DNA from: a virus
IMG/VR virus record: IMGVR_UViG_3300009103_000003
Span: 96,001 to 160,000 of that record
DNA length: 64,000 nt
Direction: 5' to 3' (one strand)
Shown: piece after piece, positions 55,356 to 64,000 of the stretch
Position numbering within the stretch: the first letter of the stretch is position 1
Layout of the letters: each line of letters opens with the position of its first letter
Notes under the pieces: model-generated
Databases searched by the model: none
Told to the model about the DNA's origin: nothing
What the model saw: only the letters and a program-made list of their open reading frames with translations
Translations under genes and position numbers: made by a program

Positions 55356-56081
55356 ATGTCATCAAGTAAGAAGCCGGATTTAAGTAAAATAAAGAAGAAG
55401 ATCTCGGGAGAAGAACCCGAGCCACCCCCTCCCGTAGAGGAGCCAGAGGCCCCAAGGATTCGTCCGGAAACAATGCAGCAGATGCACGCGTACGCCAAGG
55501 ACGTGGAAGCCATGCGCAAGGAGGACGAGGAGATTGCTGCGGAGCAGCACCGCGTAGAGCTTGAGGAATTACCAGAAGCGGTAAAAGAGGAAGCCGCCAA
55601 GTATCAAGCCGAGTCCATCTATTATAGAGGCACCCCAACAGACAACCCCGAAATTAGGGCGGCTATTGAGGAGCACTGTACTGGGATGGATTTCTCTGAT
55701 CTCGTCCTAACGGGGCGTGTATCACAGCATGTACCCATATTAGAGGACAAGCTTGTTGTCAGATATCGGTCCCTTCTCGCTTCGGAGAACTTTTGGATTG
55801 AGCGTCGCGCAGAAGGTGAGGCGGCGACTGACTGGGGGCTGCGAAGCTGGATGGGCTATGCGCGTCTTGTGTTGTCCGTCGATTCTATTAACGGTAATGC
55901 CTTCCCCCCATACGAGGTGAAGGAGGGAGAGATTGACAGCGATGCTTTTAATGATCGCTTCAAGAAGGTCATGAATATGGGGGAGAAGCTTGTTGAGCTT
56001 CTCCTTATCCACCTTCATTGGTTCAATGATCGCGTTGATCGTTTGTATACCGATGATTTTGAGAAACTAAAAAATGGGTAG
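55356..56081 (+). CDS. Putative tail/baseplate assembly chaperone
   Basis: Ends in slippery A AAA AAT two codons before the stop. Confidence 0.5.
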   Translation: MSSSKKPDLSKIKKKISGEEPEPPPPVEEPEAPRIRPETMQQMHAYAKDVEAMRKEDEEIAAEQHRVELEELPEAVKEEAAKYQAESIYYRGTPTDNPEIRAAIEEHCTGMDFSDLVLTGRVSQHVPILEDKLVVRYRSLLASENFWIERRAEGEAATDWGLRSWMGYARLVLSVDSINGNAFPPYEVKEGEIDSDAFNDRFKKVMNMGEKLVELLLIHLHWFNDRVDRLYTDDFEKLKNG

Positions 56082-56425
56082 AGTCTCCTATAGGCTGGGC
56101 ACGTGCCAATTTGTTTTACGACAAAGTGGTTGCTCCACCCCGTCCTGGCAGCTTGCAGGAGGCTCTTTGCATATTGGTCCAACGATACCGGCAGGAGCAA
56201 GGTTTTTACCTTTCGTTGGCGCAACTGCATACGCAGGGCTCAAAAGAACAACAGGAAATGTTTGATGCGTATAAACGGGCAGCATATCCGTATATCGAGG
56301 CAACCGGAAGAAGCCATCGAGATCGTACAGCAGAGATTTTGGAGAGGGCGTTTGTGCAGGGGCCCTTTGTTATTAAGAATCTGTCTGACAAAGAAAAGTA
56401 TGAGGTAAAAGAAGATGACCAATGA
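56063..56425 (+). CDS. -1 frame extension of the upstream chaperone (predicted frameshift product)
   Basis: -1 frame is open from 56063 through the slippery site; the only start near its 5' end is a TTG without RBS. Confidence 0.6.
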   Translation, partial: ETKKWVESPIGWARANLFYDKVVAPPRPGSLQEALCILVQRYRQEQGFYLSLAQLHTQGSKEQQEMFDAYKRAAYPYIEATGRSHRDRTAEILERAFVQGPFVIKNLSDKEKYEVKEDDQ

Positions 56426-56777
56426 GATAAACAGCGGAATACTTATTATTGGGGTTAGCTCCACGGTTCTGTTTGACGGAGAAACATCCACAACAGAACT
56501 TATACTGCTCAATTTAGCTACCGGAGTTGATTTTTCTTTGCCGGTTTCTGATGAGCAAGCTGGCCATGTGATGGCCCACTTAGAACCCATGATCCCGGAA
56601 GACGAGTCGGCTGGTCCCGCCCCAGAGGAGGCGCAGCCGTCTAACATTTCAGCGTTGGCGGGCCTTGTGGACCAACAAAGTGCGGAAGCATTTGCCAGGA
56701 AGATTGGTGTTGGCATGGGAGGTGCGGATGGCTCGGGCAATCCACCACAAGAAGCTGACGAGACACCGCAATTTTAA
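56415..56777 (+). CDS. Hypothetical protein
   Basis: Overlaps the previous stop; acidic. Confidence 0.55.
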   Translation: MTNEINSGILIIGVSSTVLFDGETSTTELILLNLATGVDFSLPVSDEQAGHVMAHLEPMIPEDESAGPAPEEAQPSNISALAGLVDQQSAEAFARKIGVGMGGADGSGNPPQEADETPQF

Positions 56778-57333
56778 TAAATACTGGGTATGCGCATCAT
56801 GTGGTCAACCAAGACGAAAAAAATCCCCCCAAACAAAGGCTTGCAAGCAATGCAGGTCCACGCTTCCCCCGCGAGTCCGGTTAACGACTCGGAGAGGGGA
56901 GGGGGACATAGCTCACCAGGACTCGAAGCGTTCAAAAGAGCTAATGAAGGCAGCGAACATTGTCCGCGAGGGTCTTCGGTTCGGGCACGGGAAATTCCCG
57001 CCAGCATTTCCGTCCAGAGAGATACTGGACTCCATAAAAGATTATTCACCAAACCCAAGAAGCAGGTTGTGGCTTTGTCAGGTATTCCTCGATGGGATCA
57101 CCTACAAGGGCACTTTAGAACAGGAGATCTGTTTGTTGAGTGTCGTAGAGGAGGTAGCAGAAGCTATGCTGTCTGAAAAAAAGATGATGCAAATTCGTAT
57201 ATCGTCCGATTTACATAAATGGTTAAAACTCCATGCCGCAAAGCATGACACAACCATGACGGATATTATTATTCAATACTTAGAGTACCTCAGACGGAAG
57301 TCTAGCAAGACCGTAAAGGTGGAGCAGATATGA
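56728..57333 (+). CDS. Zn-ribbon plus C-terminal ribbon-helix-helix DNA-binding protein
   Basis: GGAGG RBS; CASC...CKQC; MMQIRISSDLHKWLKLHAAKHDTTMTDIIIQYL. Confidence 0.6.
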   Translation: MARAIHHKKLTRHRNFNKYWVCASCGQPRRKKSPQTKACKQCRSTLPPRVRLTTRRGEGDIAHQDSKRSKELMKAANIVREGLRFGHGKFPPAFPSREILDSIKDYSPNPRSRLWLCQVFLDGITYKGTLEQEICLLSVVEEVAEAMLSEKKMMQIRISSDLHKWLKLHAAKHDTTMTDIIIQYLEYLRRKSSKTVKVEQI

Positions 57334-57890
57334 AGGACGGCTCAGCAGAGGACAGGTCAGCATCGTTGATGCTCTCAGTGGAGGAGATAGACACACCGCC
57401 TACTGTTGAGGGGATACTCTCTGTAATGAAGCGGGTCCTATCCAAGCCCTATGTCCAATCAATTATCCTAAGGACTGGGAGACCTATAGAGATCTCCTGG
57501 TACAAGGCCATTTCGGATTCCTTGCGTATCGGTGAGCCCGAGGACTCCGCAGATGTTGTTTTGGCCCGGATTGACCTCGAAGAGTTTTCCACATCCAAAT
57601 CACCCAAAGAAACTCTCTTGGAAGCACTTATGGCTTTGTCACATAGACAACTATTTTCGAGTCATTTGTTTGTGGGCTCCGTGCCTTTCTTCCGAGACTG
57701 GGTGGGCATCCCGTCTGTGCTCCCCCTGAATCAGGTAGACACTTTGGACGACCAGAAGGCCTATAATTTTATTGGGCTCAATCTTATTGAAGTTGAATCT
57801 CTAGCCGAAGACGTAGTTGTCCTTCTTGGGGCTGGGGCAAAAAACGCAACAATGACAGAGGTCAGCTTTGGCCTAAAAATCGTCACATAG
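57330..57890 (+). CDS. Hypothetical protein
   Basis: ATGA-coupled. Confidence 0.6.
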   Translation: MKDGSAEDRSASLMLSVEEIDTPPTVEGILSVMKRVLSKPYVQSIILRTGRPIEISWYKAISDSLRIGEPEDSADVVLARIDLEEFSTSKSPKETLLEALMALSHRQLFSSHLFVGSVPFFRDWVGIPSVLPLNQVDTLDDQKAYNFIGLNLIEVESLAEDVVVLLGAGAKNATMTEVSFGLKIVT

Positions 57891-57900
57891 GAGATATGAC

Positions 57901-58374
57901 ATGGCTAGAAAAAAACAAGCACAGAAAAGTAAACCAGCAGTTTCGCTAGAGAAGCTTCAACTCGAAATGAAGGAGACCTTATCCGCCTTAGGTGGGTGCA
58001 TTGAGGTTGTTACCGCATCCAGCAGAAACGGGGATGTCCGTTTTCTTTGTCGTGTTCACGATGACGATTACTGGCTAAAGGTTCTGGCAGACTTTCTTGA
58101 GAACGAGGGGAGTTGGTACTCCTTTGTTGGTAAGAAATACTTTATGAGTAAAGGGAAGCTTGTTTTTGGCTGGGTCTTGATTTTTGAGTCGGAAGAAATT
58201 GACCGGTCTATCCAAGAAATTCGCAAGCTCCTCCTCTCTATTCACACGAACCTTCGACCTAGCGCAGAACTGGCTCCCGGCGATGAGCCTGGGATGATCG
58301 AAGTGCCCCTTCCTTTTGTAGAGGGCTCTGGGTATGAGGACGAAATGCAGCAGCGGGTCCGCCCCACTAGATAA
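57901..58374 (+). CDS. Hypothetical protein
   Basis: RBS AGGAG. Confidence 0.6.
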   Translation: MARKKQAQKSKPAVSLEKLQLEMKETLSALGGCIEVVTASSRNGDVRFLCRVHDDDYWLKVLADFLENEGSWYSFVGKKYFMSKGKLVFGWVLIFESEEIDRSIQEIRKLLLSIHTNLRPSAELAPGDEPGMIEVPLPFVEGSGYEDEMQQRVRPTR

Positions 58375-58386
58375 CGGTGTAATACG

Positions 58387-59028
58387 ATGCCTATTGTTGA
58401 TCCTAAATCAGTTCTTGCAGACTATGTTTTACAAGTAAGTGTTCACCATAGACCAAAGTCTATGAACCTACTTGGCTCTTTTCATATTTGGAAGAAGAGC
58501 GCTTGGTTTGGAAATGCTGATGAACTCCTAAAGTTTTGCTCGGAAGGGGGCTGCAAAGGGACCTTCAGTGATACGTTCACTCTTCCCGAGAGCGCCTTGG
58601 AAGCAATAGGCGAGGACAACATTGACGACCCCAGCAAGTGGCCTGCTCAGTACCAACGAGCGTATGATAATTGGTTCGTTTCCCCCGTCCTTTGCCCGAT
58701 CTGTGGCAATGTCGCTATCCGAGAGGAGTTGCCCGATACGTATGGGTTCAATATGCCAACGGCCCGAATCGCTACTAGGATGGCCGAGTTCTTTACGGTG
58801 TTACAGGGCTCTGCCGATGTGTATCTTGTTCGCACAAAAGAAGACCATGTCTTTCAGAAAGCGCGTTCAATGATAGGCGAAGCGGGGTTTAATTTTGACA
58901 AGTACAAGAAAACGCTAGAGCTAGGGAGAGACAGGGACTGTGTCTTCTACTCACTGAAGAGTATTATCGGTGATACTGCAAGCGGTGGTGATTTAGCCCT
59001 GCGCTTTAAGGCTCTCTTGGAGGCATAG
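58387..59028 (+). CDS. Hypothetical protein with CxxxxC/CxxC
   Basis: FCSEGGC...LCPICG. Confidence 0.6.
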   Translation: MPIVDPKSVLADYVLQVSVHHRPKSMNLLGSFHIWKKSAWFGNADELLKFCSEGGCKGTFSDTFTLPESALEAIGEDNIDDPSKWPAQYQRAYDNWFVSPVLCPICGNVAIREELPDTYGFNMPTARIATRMAEFFTVLQGSADVYLVRTKEDHVFQKARSMIGEAGFNFDKYKKTLELGRDRDCVFYSLKSIIGDTASGGDLALRFKALLEA

Positions 59029-59029
59029 C

Positions 59030-59368
59030 ATGAAGATTGAGGAAGTACTGGCCAAAATTACGGTTTTACAACACAGAATTGAGGTATATCGAGAGTTAGG
59101 GGCTTGCTTAGAGGAGTTTCTGCCTAATGATACGGGTGAGGACCCGGAACCATTAGAAGTTACTGACACTAGTTGTATAACCCCAAGAGTTACTTATGAG
59201 GCCATAGAGTTTGTCCTCAACGAGGTTAATAAGTTAAAGGTTTCTGAAGAGGAAGCACTAAAGGCGTTGAACGCCATGGAGACTAAAGATGGAAAATCCA
59301 AACCCGCAGCAAAACGCACAAGAAAACCCCCAGCAAAGTCAAAGCGCACAACAAAACCAAAGCGGTAA
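59030..59368 (+). CDS. Hypothetical protein with basic tail
   Basis: GGAGG RBS. Confidence 0.55.
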   Translation: MKIEEVLAKITVLQHRIEVYRELGACLEEFLPNDTGEDPEPLEVTDTSCITPRVTYEAIEFVLNEVNKLKVSEEEALKALNAMETKDGKSKPAAKRTRKPPAKSKRTTKPKR

Positions 59369-59726
59369 TGGCGCAGCGCCAGCACCTCCGCTCCCTCCGG
59401 AGTTCGTTGGACTACCTCCCGCAACCGAGGTTGAGGGCGGCGCTCTGAATCCCGAGCAGAGACTGCAAGTGGCTGAGCGGTATATTGCGGAGCTTTTAAA
59501 GGGTTACCAGATGGCTGGTAACGCAATTAACCGTCTGGAGACAAATTGCTTTGCTCTTGTGAAGATCATTTTAGACAATGATGTGTCCACTTGGGATGGT
59601 TTTGTTCGAGCACAGAAGGATCTTCAGGGATATGAAGACCTGCTTGTTTACTGGGGAATCAAAGAAGTTCCGGTGCCTGACGGTGCTGAAGACGCCGAAA
59701 AAGATAATTCGGACACTTCGTCATAG
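59289..59726 (+). CDS. Hypothetical protein with Q/N-rich N-terminus
   Basis: GGAG RBS; overlaps the upstream gene by 80 nt. Confidence 0.55.
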   Translation: MENPNPQQNAQENPQQSQSAQQNQSGNGAAPAPPLPPEFVGLPPATEVEGGALNPEQRLQVAERYIAELLKGYQMAGNAINRLETNCFALVKIILDNDVSTWDGFVRAQKDLQGYEDLLVYWGIKEVPVPDGAEDAEKDNSDTSS

Positions 59727-59801
59727 GTCTGAGTTTATATATAATCAATTCAGACCCGAGGCTATTATGCCTCCTTTAGCGATATGTTATAAGAGGTACG
59801 T

Positions 59802-60086
59802 ATGGCCGCTGATGCCGACAACTGGGTGCAGATAATCACAATATTTATTACCGTAGTTGGTACGATAGTACCGGCTATCTGGTTTTTATCCACACGGATT
59901 CAGGCATTAGCCGGTGAAGTCAGTATCAATACTACGCGTATAGAAGAGAAGCTGAACAGCATGCAGGAGATGCACTCCCTACATAGGGAGATGCTGAAAG
60001 AAGCCATTGCTGAGCAAGAGAACTTCCGTGAACGATTAGCTATCGCTGAGGTCCAAGTCAAAGACTTGAGGGCAAAGATCTCCTAA
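59802..60086 (+). CDS. Single-TM coiled-coil membrane protein (holin/XhlA-like)
   Basis: WVQIITIFITVVGTIVPAIWFL followed by a coiled coil. Confidence 0.5.
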   Translation: MAADADNWVQIITIFITVVGTIVPAIWFLSTRIQALAGEVSINTTRIEEKLNSMQEMHSLHREMLKEAIAEQENFRERLAIAEVQVKDLRAKIS

Positions 60087-60099
60087 CAACTTTTTTGCG

Positions 60100-60142
60100 T
60101 CTTCCTCGCTCCTACCAGTAGTTGCTAAAACTATAGGTAGGA
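60100..60142 (+). repeat. 43-nt element, copy 1 (promoter-like)
   Basis: 34 of 43 positions match 61395-61436. Confidence 0.55.
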
Positions 60143-60149
60143 GTTTTTC

Positions 60150-60389
60150 ATGACGGAGTACCGCAAACTTAGGAAATATTCAGGACGGTTTTCCGGAGTG
60201 GATGTTTGCCACCCAAAAATAGGTCAACTAGTAGAAGTTGTAGAGGGTGACTTTGTCGGAGATACTTTTGAGGTGACTGACTTACGCGGTCACCTGTATA
60301 ATTTGGCGTACCGTGTCTATGTGAAAACCCCTGACGGTATTCCCACGTGGTATTGGCCGTGGAATCTAAAGTTTGCAGAAAATGACTAG
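60150..60389 (+). CDS. Small KOW/SH3-like protein
   Basis: IGQLVEVVEGDFVGDTFEV. Confidence 0.5.
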   Translation: MTEYRKLRKYSGRFSGVDVCHPKIGQLVEVVEGDFVGDTFEVTDLRGHLYNLAYRVYVKTPDGIPTWYWPWNLKFAEND

Positions 60390-61353
60390 ACCTTGTTGCT
60401 TAGTTCTAAGTGGTGCTGGAGGGAGGCTTCCTTATCTATACGCGATAGCGAATGAGATAAAGAAGGCACTACAAGAAAGAGACATTGAGGTTGCTGCTTA
60501 TGCGGGTGACTCGGCAGGAGCCCTTGTTGGCGCTTGGCTTGCTTCTGATGTTGAGTTTGACGAGCTAACCATTTTTAGTGAGGCGGATAACCTTTCTCGT
60601 CACGCTCGGATTGGTGGGAGCATATGTCGAGTAATAAGCCACGTGTATTACATGCTCAAGGATGGTGGGATAATTAGCTCCCCCAAGCTATACAAGCATG
60701 CCATAAGCAAACCCAATTTTTTCCCAAAACCAATCAAAGCTCCCTGCTACATTAACGCTTACTCGTTAACGCAAGGGAAAGAGGTTGTTTGCAATCTCCA
60801 AGATCTTTCACCCGAAGCGTGGCGAAAGTTTGCTTTAGGAAGCTGTTGTATCCCAGGCGTGTTTACACCATTTCCTTTTGATGAGGCCGATTACCCAGAC
60901 TACGTTAAGGATGGCATGCCGTTGGAGCATCGTTTCGACGTAGACCTTCTCGTTGATGGTGGTGTTTCGTCGTACTTCCCCGCAGATTTTGTTTTAGCTG
61001 TCCCTGAACTGGAGAAGCGAAACCCATTGGTGATTGGTGTTATTTTGGATAATCCAACACCTGGGCATAACCATTCTGTTAAGAAAGAGCCTTTCCATAA
61101 AATAGTTGTTCGTGGGTGTATGGCCGCTATAAAGGCAAACATTCACGAAGACATTGAGGACGTGCGCTCAGCCGGGTTAGACTTAGAAATCGTATATGCC
61201 CCGACTCCAGATAAATGGTCTGACTACGCGACACAATTTTACTACACGGAATCTGAGGCGTTTGATTTTTACAAAGCTGGCGTTAAATCTGCTGTAAATT
61301 TATTGCCTGATCTTATGAAGCGTGTAGAGGCAAAAATTATTTTGGGCGATTGA
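60382..61353 (+). CDS. Patatin-like phospholipase
   Basis: LVLSGAGG, AGDSAGA (G-x-S-x-G), VDGG. Confidence 0.85.
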   Translation: MTRPCCLVLSGAGGRLPYLYAIANEIKKALQERDIEVAAYAGDSAGALVGAWLASDVEFDELTIFSEADNLSRHARIGGSICRVISHVYYMLKDGGIISSPKLYKHAISKPNFFPKPIKAPCYINAYSLTQGKEVVCNLQDLSPEAWRKFALGSCCIPGVFTPFPFDEADYPDYVKDGMPLEHRFDVDLLVDGGVSSYFPADFVLAVPELEKRNPLVIGVILDNPTPGHNHSVKKEPFHKIVVRGCMAAIKANIHEDIEDVRSAGLDLEIVYAPTPDKWSDYATQFYYTESEAFDFYKAGVKSAVNLLPDLMKRVEAKIILGD

Positions 61354-61394
61354 GCGCCCTAACCTTAAAAGCGCGGTAATAAATTTATAGGACT

Positions 61395-61436
61395 TCTTCC
61401 TCGTCGTTACTTGTAGCTGTAAAACTATAAGTAGGA
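61395..61436 (+). repeat. 43-nt element, copy 2
   Basis: Near-duplicate of 60100-60142. Confidence 0.55.
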
Positions 61437-61565
61437 ATTCTCGTAGTGGGAACGTCAAGGTTCTAATTAATTAGAGCCTAGTTAGAACACTGATGCCCTC
61501 ATGGTGAGGGGCCCTCTACGTGAATACTGTTAGTGACGCTAACAATACCGATGAGGAGGTAAATT

Positions 61566-62954
61566 ATGTCACATAAATTGAGAGTATTAAGGGAACAAAT
61601 CGAGCAGGCGGCTCGGAACAAGGAGCACGAAGGTGGGCTAGATCTAGTCAACCAGACTGAACTTGGTTCCGTAAAGTCTACGCTGGAAGCGGCTGTCGCT
61701 GAAGAGGCTAAAAAGCGCGGAGCGATGGACACTAAGATCCGAAAGGATTTTAAGGCTGCTGACGCTAAGATTACAGAGGCTTTTGGAGCCGCTGATGCAT
61801 CGCTTACTGAAAAGCTCGAAGAGCTTAGCGCGTCAATGGTGGAGCGGTTCGCGGGACTACAAGTTTCGTGGGTCGAATCTGTAGACGGTGCTTACAAGTA
61901 CGCTAGTGAGGCACCTGCCCCGCAGACCGGTGATCGTTTCATCGTCAAGCCACTTGGAGACTCACCAGCACAGCCTGAAGACCCCTTCAATGGTTACGCT
62001 GGGTACATCGCTCAGAAAACTGAGGGTGGTTGGGACTTGCAAGAGCAGCCAGAAGGGAACTGTGTCTACAATGACGCTTCCAATCTGGTCCAGTTAAGTA
62101 CTGGTGATCCGGCTACTGGCTTCGTTGACGTTGCCAAGTTTGTTGGTGAAGAGCTTGCTACTGATGCTGAGCTTAAAGCTGCGGTTGACTCCGCGAGAAA
62201 GGATGCTGCAACAGCTACTGCTGCTGTCGCTTCTGATCTTGAGGATGCGGAAGAGACGTTGCGTGCTGAGGCGGTGGCTGAGTTTGCTGCGGTGCGTACT
62301 GAATCCAAAGAGGCCGATGCGGAACTTGGAAGGCAGATTGCGACAAATGCGAATCAGATCAATAAGAAGGTCGATGCCCATATCAAGAACTCCGGTAAGC
62401 TGAATGCGCAGCAGGATGCAAATATCCAGTTGAACAGTGACCGCACTCTTTCCAATAAGGGCAAGATTGAGAGTAATTACCAACAGGTGACCTCGCAGGC
62501 CGATAAGGACAGAGCGTTCAGTATGAGCATGGACAAAACGATCTTGAAGATCATGGATCGCAGGATTCATGAACTTGAGGACGCTTTGTACAGTTGGGAA
62601 ACCATCTCTGGTGACGAGAAGTATGAATGTGACTTTGGCAGAAGTGAGCGACATAACTTTGTTATGCAGCCGCTATCCGCTGACGTTGTGTTCCGACTTC
62701 CCGATGAAGGTCGCTTCCATCGTGATAGAGACTACACCAAGGACCCTACAGTGGAGCGTTGCGAGCCTACGGGAAGATGTGATCTTGAGGGCAGTCAGAT
62801 TATTCTGAAGCTCACCAAGACTAATGGCTACTCTGTTACTGTTTCTGGTGGCAATATTGCCATTGACGGTAACACTGATGGGTACACGTTAGACCTTGAT
62901 GATGCCTGCGTTACCTTCATCCATGCTGGTGCAATGGGTTGGATCATGAAGTAA
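61566..62954 (+). CDS. Coiled-coil fibre-like virion protein with DUF2793-like segment
   Basis: Heptad helices; P.P.TGDRFIV...F.G....IA.....GW....P.EG. Confidence 0.5.
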   Translation: MSHKLRVLREQIEQAARNKEHEGGLDLVNQTELGSVKSTLEAAVAEEAKKRGAMDTKIRKDFKAADAKITEAFGAADASLTEKLEELSASMVERFAGLQVSWVESVDGAYKYASEAPAPQTGDRFIVKPLGDSPAQPEDPFNGYAGYIAQKTEGGWDLQEQPEGNCVYNDASNLVQLSTGDPATGFVDVAKFVGEELATDAELKAAVDSARKDAATATAAVASDLEDAEETLRAEAVAEFAAVRTESKEADAELGRQIATNANQINKKVDAHIKNSGKLNAQQDANIQLNSDRTLSNKGKIESNYQQVTSQADKDRAFSMSMDKTILKIMDRRIHELEDALYSWETISGDEKYECDFGRSERHNFVMQPLSADVVFRLPDEGRFHRDRDYTKDPTVERCEPTGRCDLEGSQIILKLTKTNGYSVTVSGGNIAIDGNTDGYTLDLDDACVTFIHAGAMGWIMK

Positions 62955-62982
62955 TATAACCAAGTAATAGTTCTACTATTCG

Positions 62983-63016
62983 GGGCGGGGTGGCTTATGC
63001 TGCCCCGTCCTTTTTT
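62983..63016 (+). terminator. Intrinsic terminator
   Basis: GGGCGGGGTGGC-TTAT-GCTGCCCCGTCC followed by TTTTTT. Confidence 0.8.
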
Positions 63017-63025
63017 GTGCTAGGT

Positions 63026-63056
63026 AAAAAAAGCCGGGGGATTGCTCCCCCGACTT
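63026..63056 (-). terminator. Intrinsic terminator (opposite strand)
   Basis: CGGGGGA-TTGC-TCCCCCG stem with an A7 tract. Confidence 0.7.
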
Positions 63057-63104
63057 CCGACAAACGGCGTTCTTTATAAGCAGCATGACCTGCTCACCGC
63101 TCGT

Positions 63105-63224
63105 CTACATGCAGAACATCAACACGGTGAACACATACAGACCCACCATGATAAAGCATGCCCCGCCAAGCTCCTGCCAGAATGTTTTAGGGTCCTCTCG
63201 GTAAAGCTCCAGTAGCTCTTTCAT
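63105..63224 (-). CDS. Small membrane protein (39 aa)
   Basis: MKELLELYREDPKTFWQELGGACFIMVGLYVFTVLMFCM. Confidence 0.45.
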   Translation of the reverse strand: MKELLELYREDPKTFWQELGGACFIMVGLYVFTVLMFCM

Positions 63225-63226
63225 AG

Positions 63227-63817
63227 CTACACCTCGTGGTGGTCAGCAACCACTCGCCATTCAGACCAGTAGCTGTTGATTACCTCAGCGCGACTCCGAA
63301 TCTCATTAGCATCCCACTCCAAGGCTTCCTTGTTCCCACCAGCGAGGTTGGAAACGAAGCGGTGAGTCGTCAGCGGAGACTGGGGACCGGCGAAGGCGAG
63401 AACGGCGACGATGACATGGGTAACCCCGTCACACTGCATTGCAGCATTCTCAGGGGCTAACACATCCACCTCCGGGTCAGCCGCGTAGGCATCCCAGGTG
63501 TAGACGATAGCTGCAACACCATCCGCATCAGCCGCATGGGCGCGGTGAAGATAGCAGTTAACCTCACCGCGATGTTCACGGACAACGAAGTGCTCGACCG
63601 GTTGACCTTCCACCCGACCAACACCGGCGGACACCATGCTGACAGCGGCCTCGGGGAGTTGCACAAAGTGTTGCCCCTCAACACGGTCACCAGAAGTGTC
63701 GTGTGACTGAAGGGCCTCATCAACCACAGCGAGAAAGTCGCCTTGGTTCATGACACGAGTGCCGATTACGTTATTACCAAAAGCAGAACAAATAGAACTG
63801 ATTCCAAACTTAGTCAT
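63227..63817 (-). CDS. Conserved hypothetical protein (weak resemblance to DUF3228)
   Basis: AGGAGGG RBS; V.AIVYT..AY...P.T.HR...N..GGN. Confidence 0.55.
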   Translation of the reverse strand: MTKFGISSICSAFGNNVIGTRVMNQGDFLAVVDEALQSHDTSGDRVEGQHFVQLPEAAVSMVSAGVGRVEGQPVEHFVVREHRGEVNCYLHRAHAADADGVAAIVYTWDAYAADPEVDVLAPENAAMQCDGVTHVIVAVLAFAGPQSPLTTHRFVSNLAGGNKEALEWDANEIRSRAEVINSYWSEWRVVADHHEV

Positions 63818-63858
63818 AGTTTCCCTCCTAGGAAAGTAAGTGTGCTTCTTGCACAACT

Positions 63859-63887
63859 CTTATACCCAGGGTGTTACTACTTTTTGC
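63859..63887 (-). promoter_or_regulatory. Promoter-like GCAAAA-N17-TATAAG
   Basis: Recurring motif, 42 nt upstream of an ATG. Confidence 0.5.
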
Positions 63888-63895
63888 AGGGCTTG

Positions 63896-63999
63896 TCAGG
63901 GCGGTCTTTGTCCCAACCAAGTTCTTTCCAGGCTCTCAGTAAAGCCCGACAGAGAAGGACAATGAAGGCATTCTTATCCGTGAAGATGTTTAGTTCTCT
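63896..63999 (-). CDS. 3' end of a gene truncated by the window edge
   Basis: Open frame ...RELNIFTDKNAFIVLLCRALLRAWKELGWDKDRP*. Confidence 0.3.
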
Positions 64000-64000
64000 G

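Overview
This 64 kb window is part of a large tailed, contractile-tail (myovirus-like) bacteriophage genome in the standard genetic code. No CRISPR array, IS element or rRNA was seen. Layout: (1) 1-17.3 kb, + strand, morphogenesis operon: prohead protease cut by the window edge, scaffold-like proteins, major capsid, neck, a very large tail sheath, tail tube and a holin-like protein. (2) 17.4-53.6 kb, mostly - strand, accessory region: a Ycf46-type AAA+/DUF2997/DUF1257/radical-SAM module with RecA-like and ParB-like genes; a complete ubiquitin-like conjugation cassette (Ubl-E2-JAB-E1); a lytic transglycosylase; a SET-domain protein; four tRNA genes; class II ribonucleotide reductase; an ADP-ribosyltransferase-like protein; many small orphan genes. 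(3) 53.7-63 kb, + strand: HD hydrolase, endolysin, a predicted -1 frameshift gene pair, patatin and a fibre-like protein. Top leads: the phage-encoded Ubl/E2/JAB/E1 pathway, with an intrinsic terminator between Ubl and the enzymes; a 95-nt tRNA-Ile gene carrying two isoleucine anticodon hairpins (UAU and GAU); six TGACA-N9/10-TGTCA palindromes upstream of the ParB-like gene and a neighbouring orphan; a recurrent K-x-A motif in head proteins; and a hairpin-rich ~430-nt non-coding leader. All family calls come from motif recognition by eye; no database searches were run.
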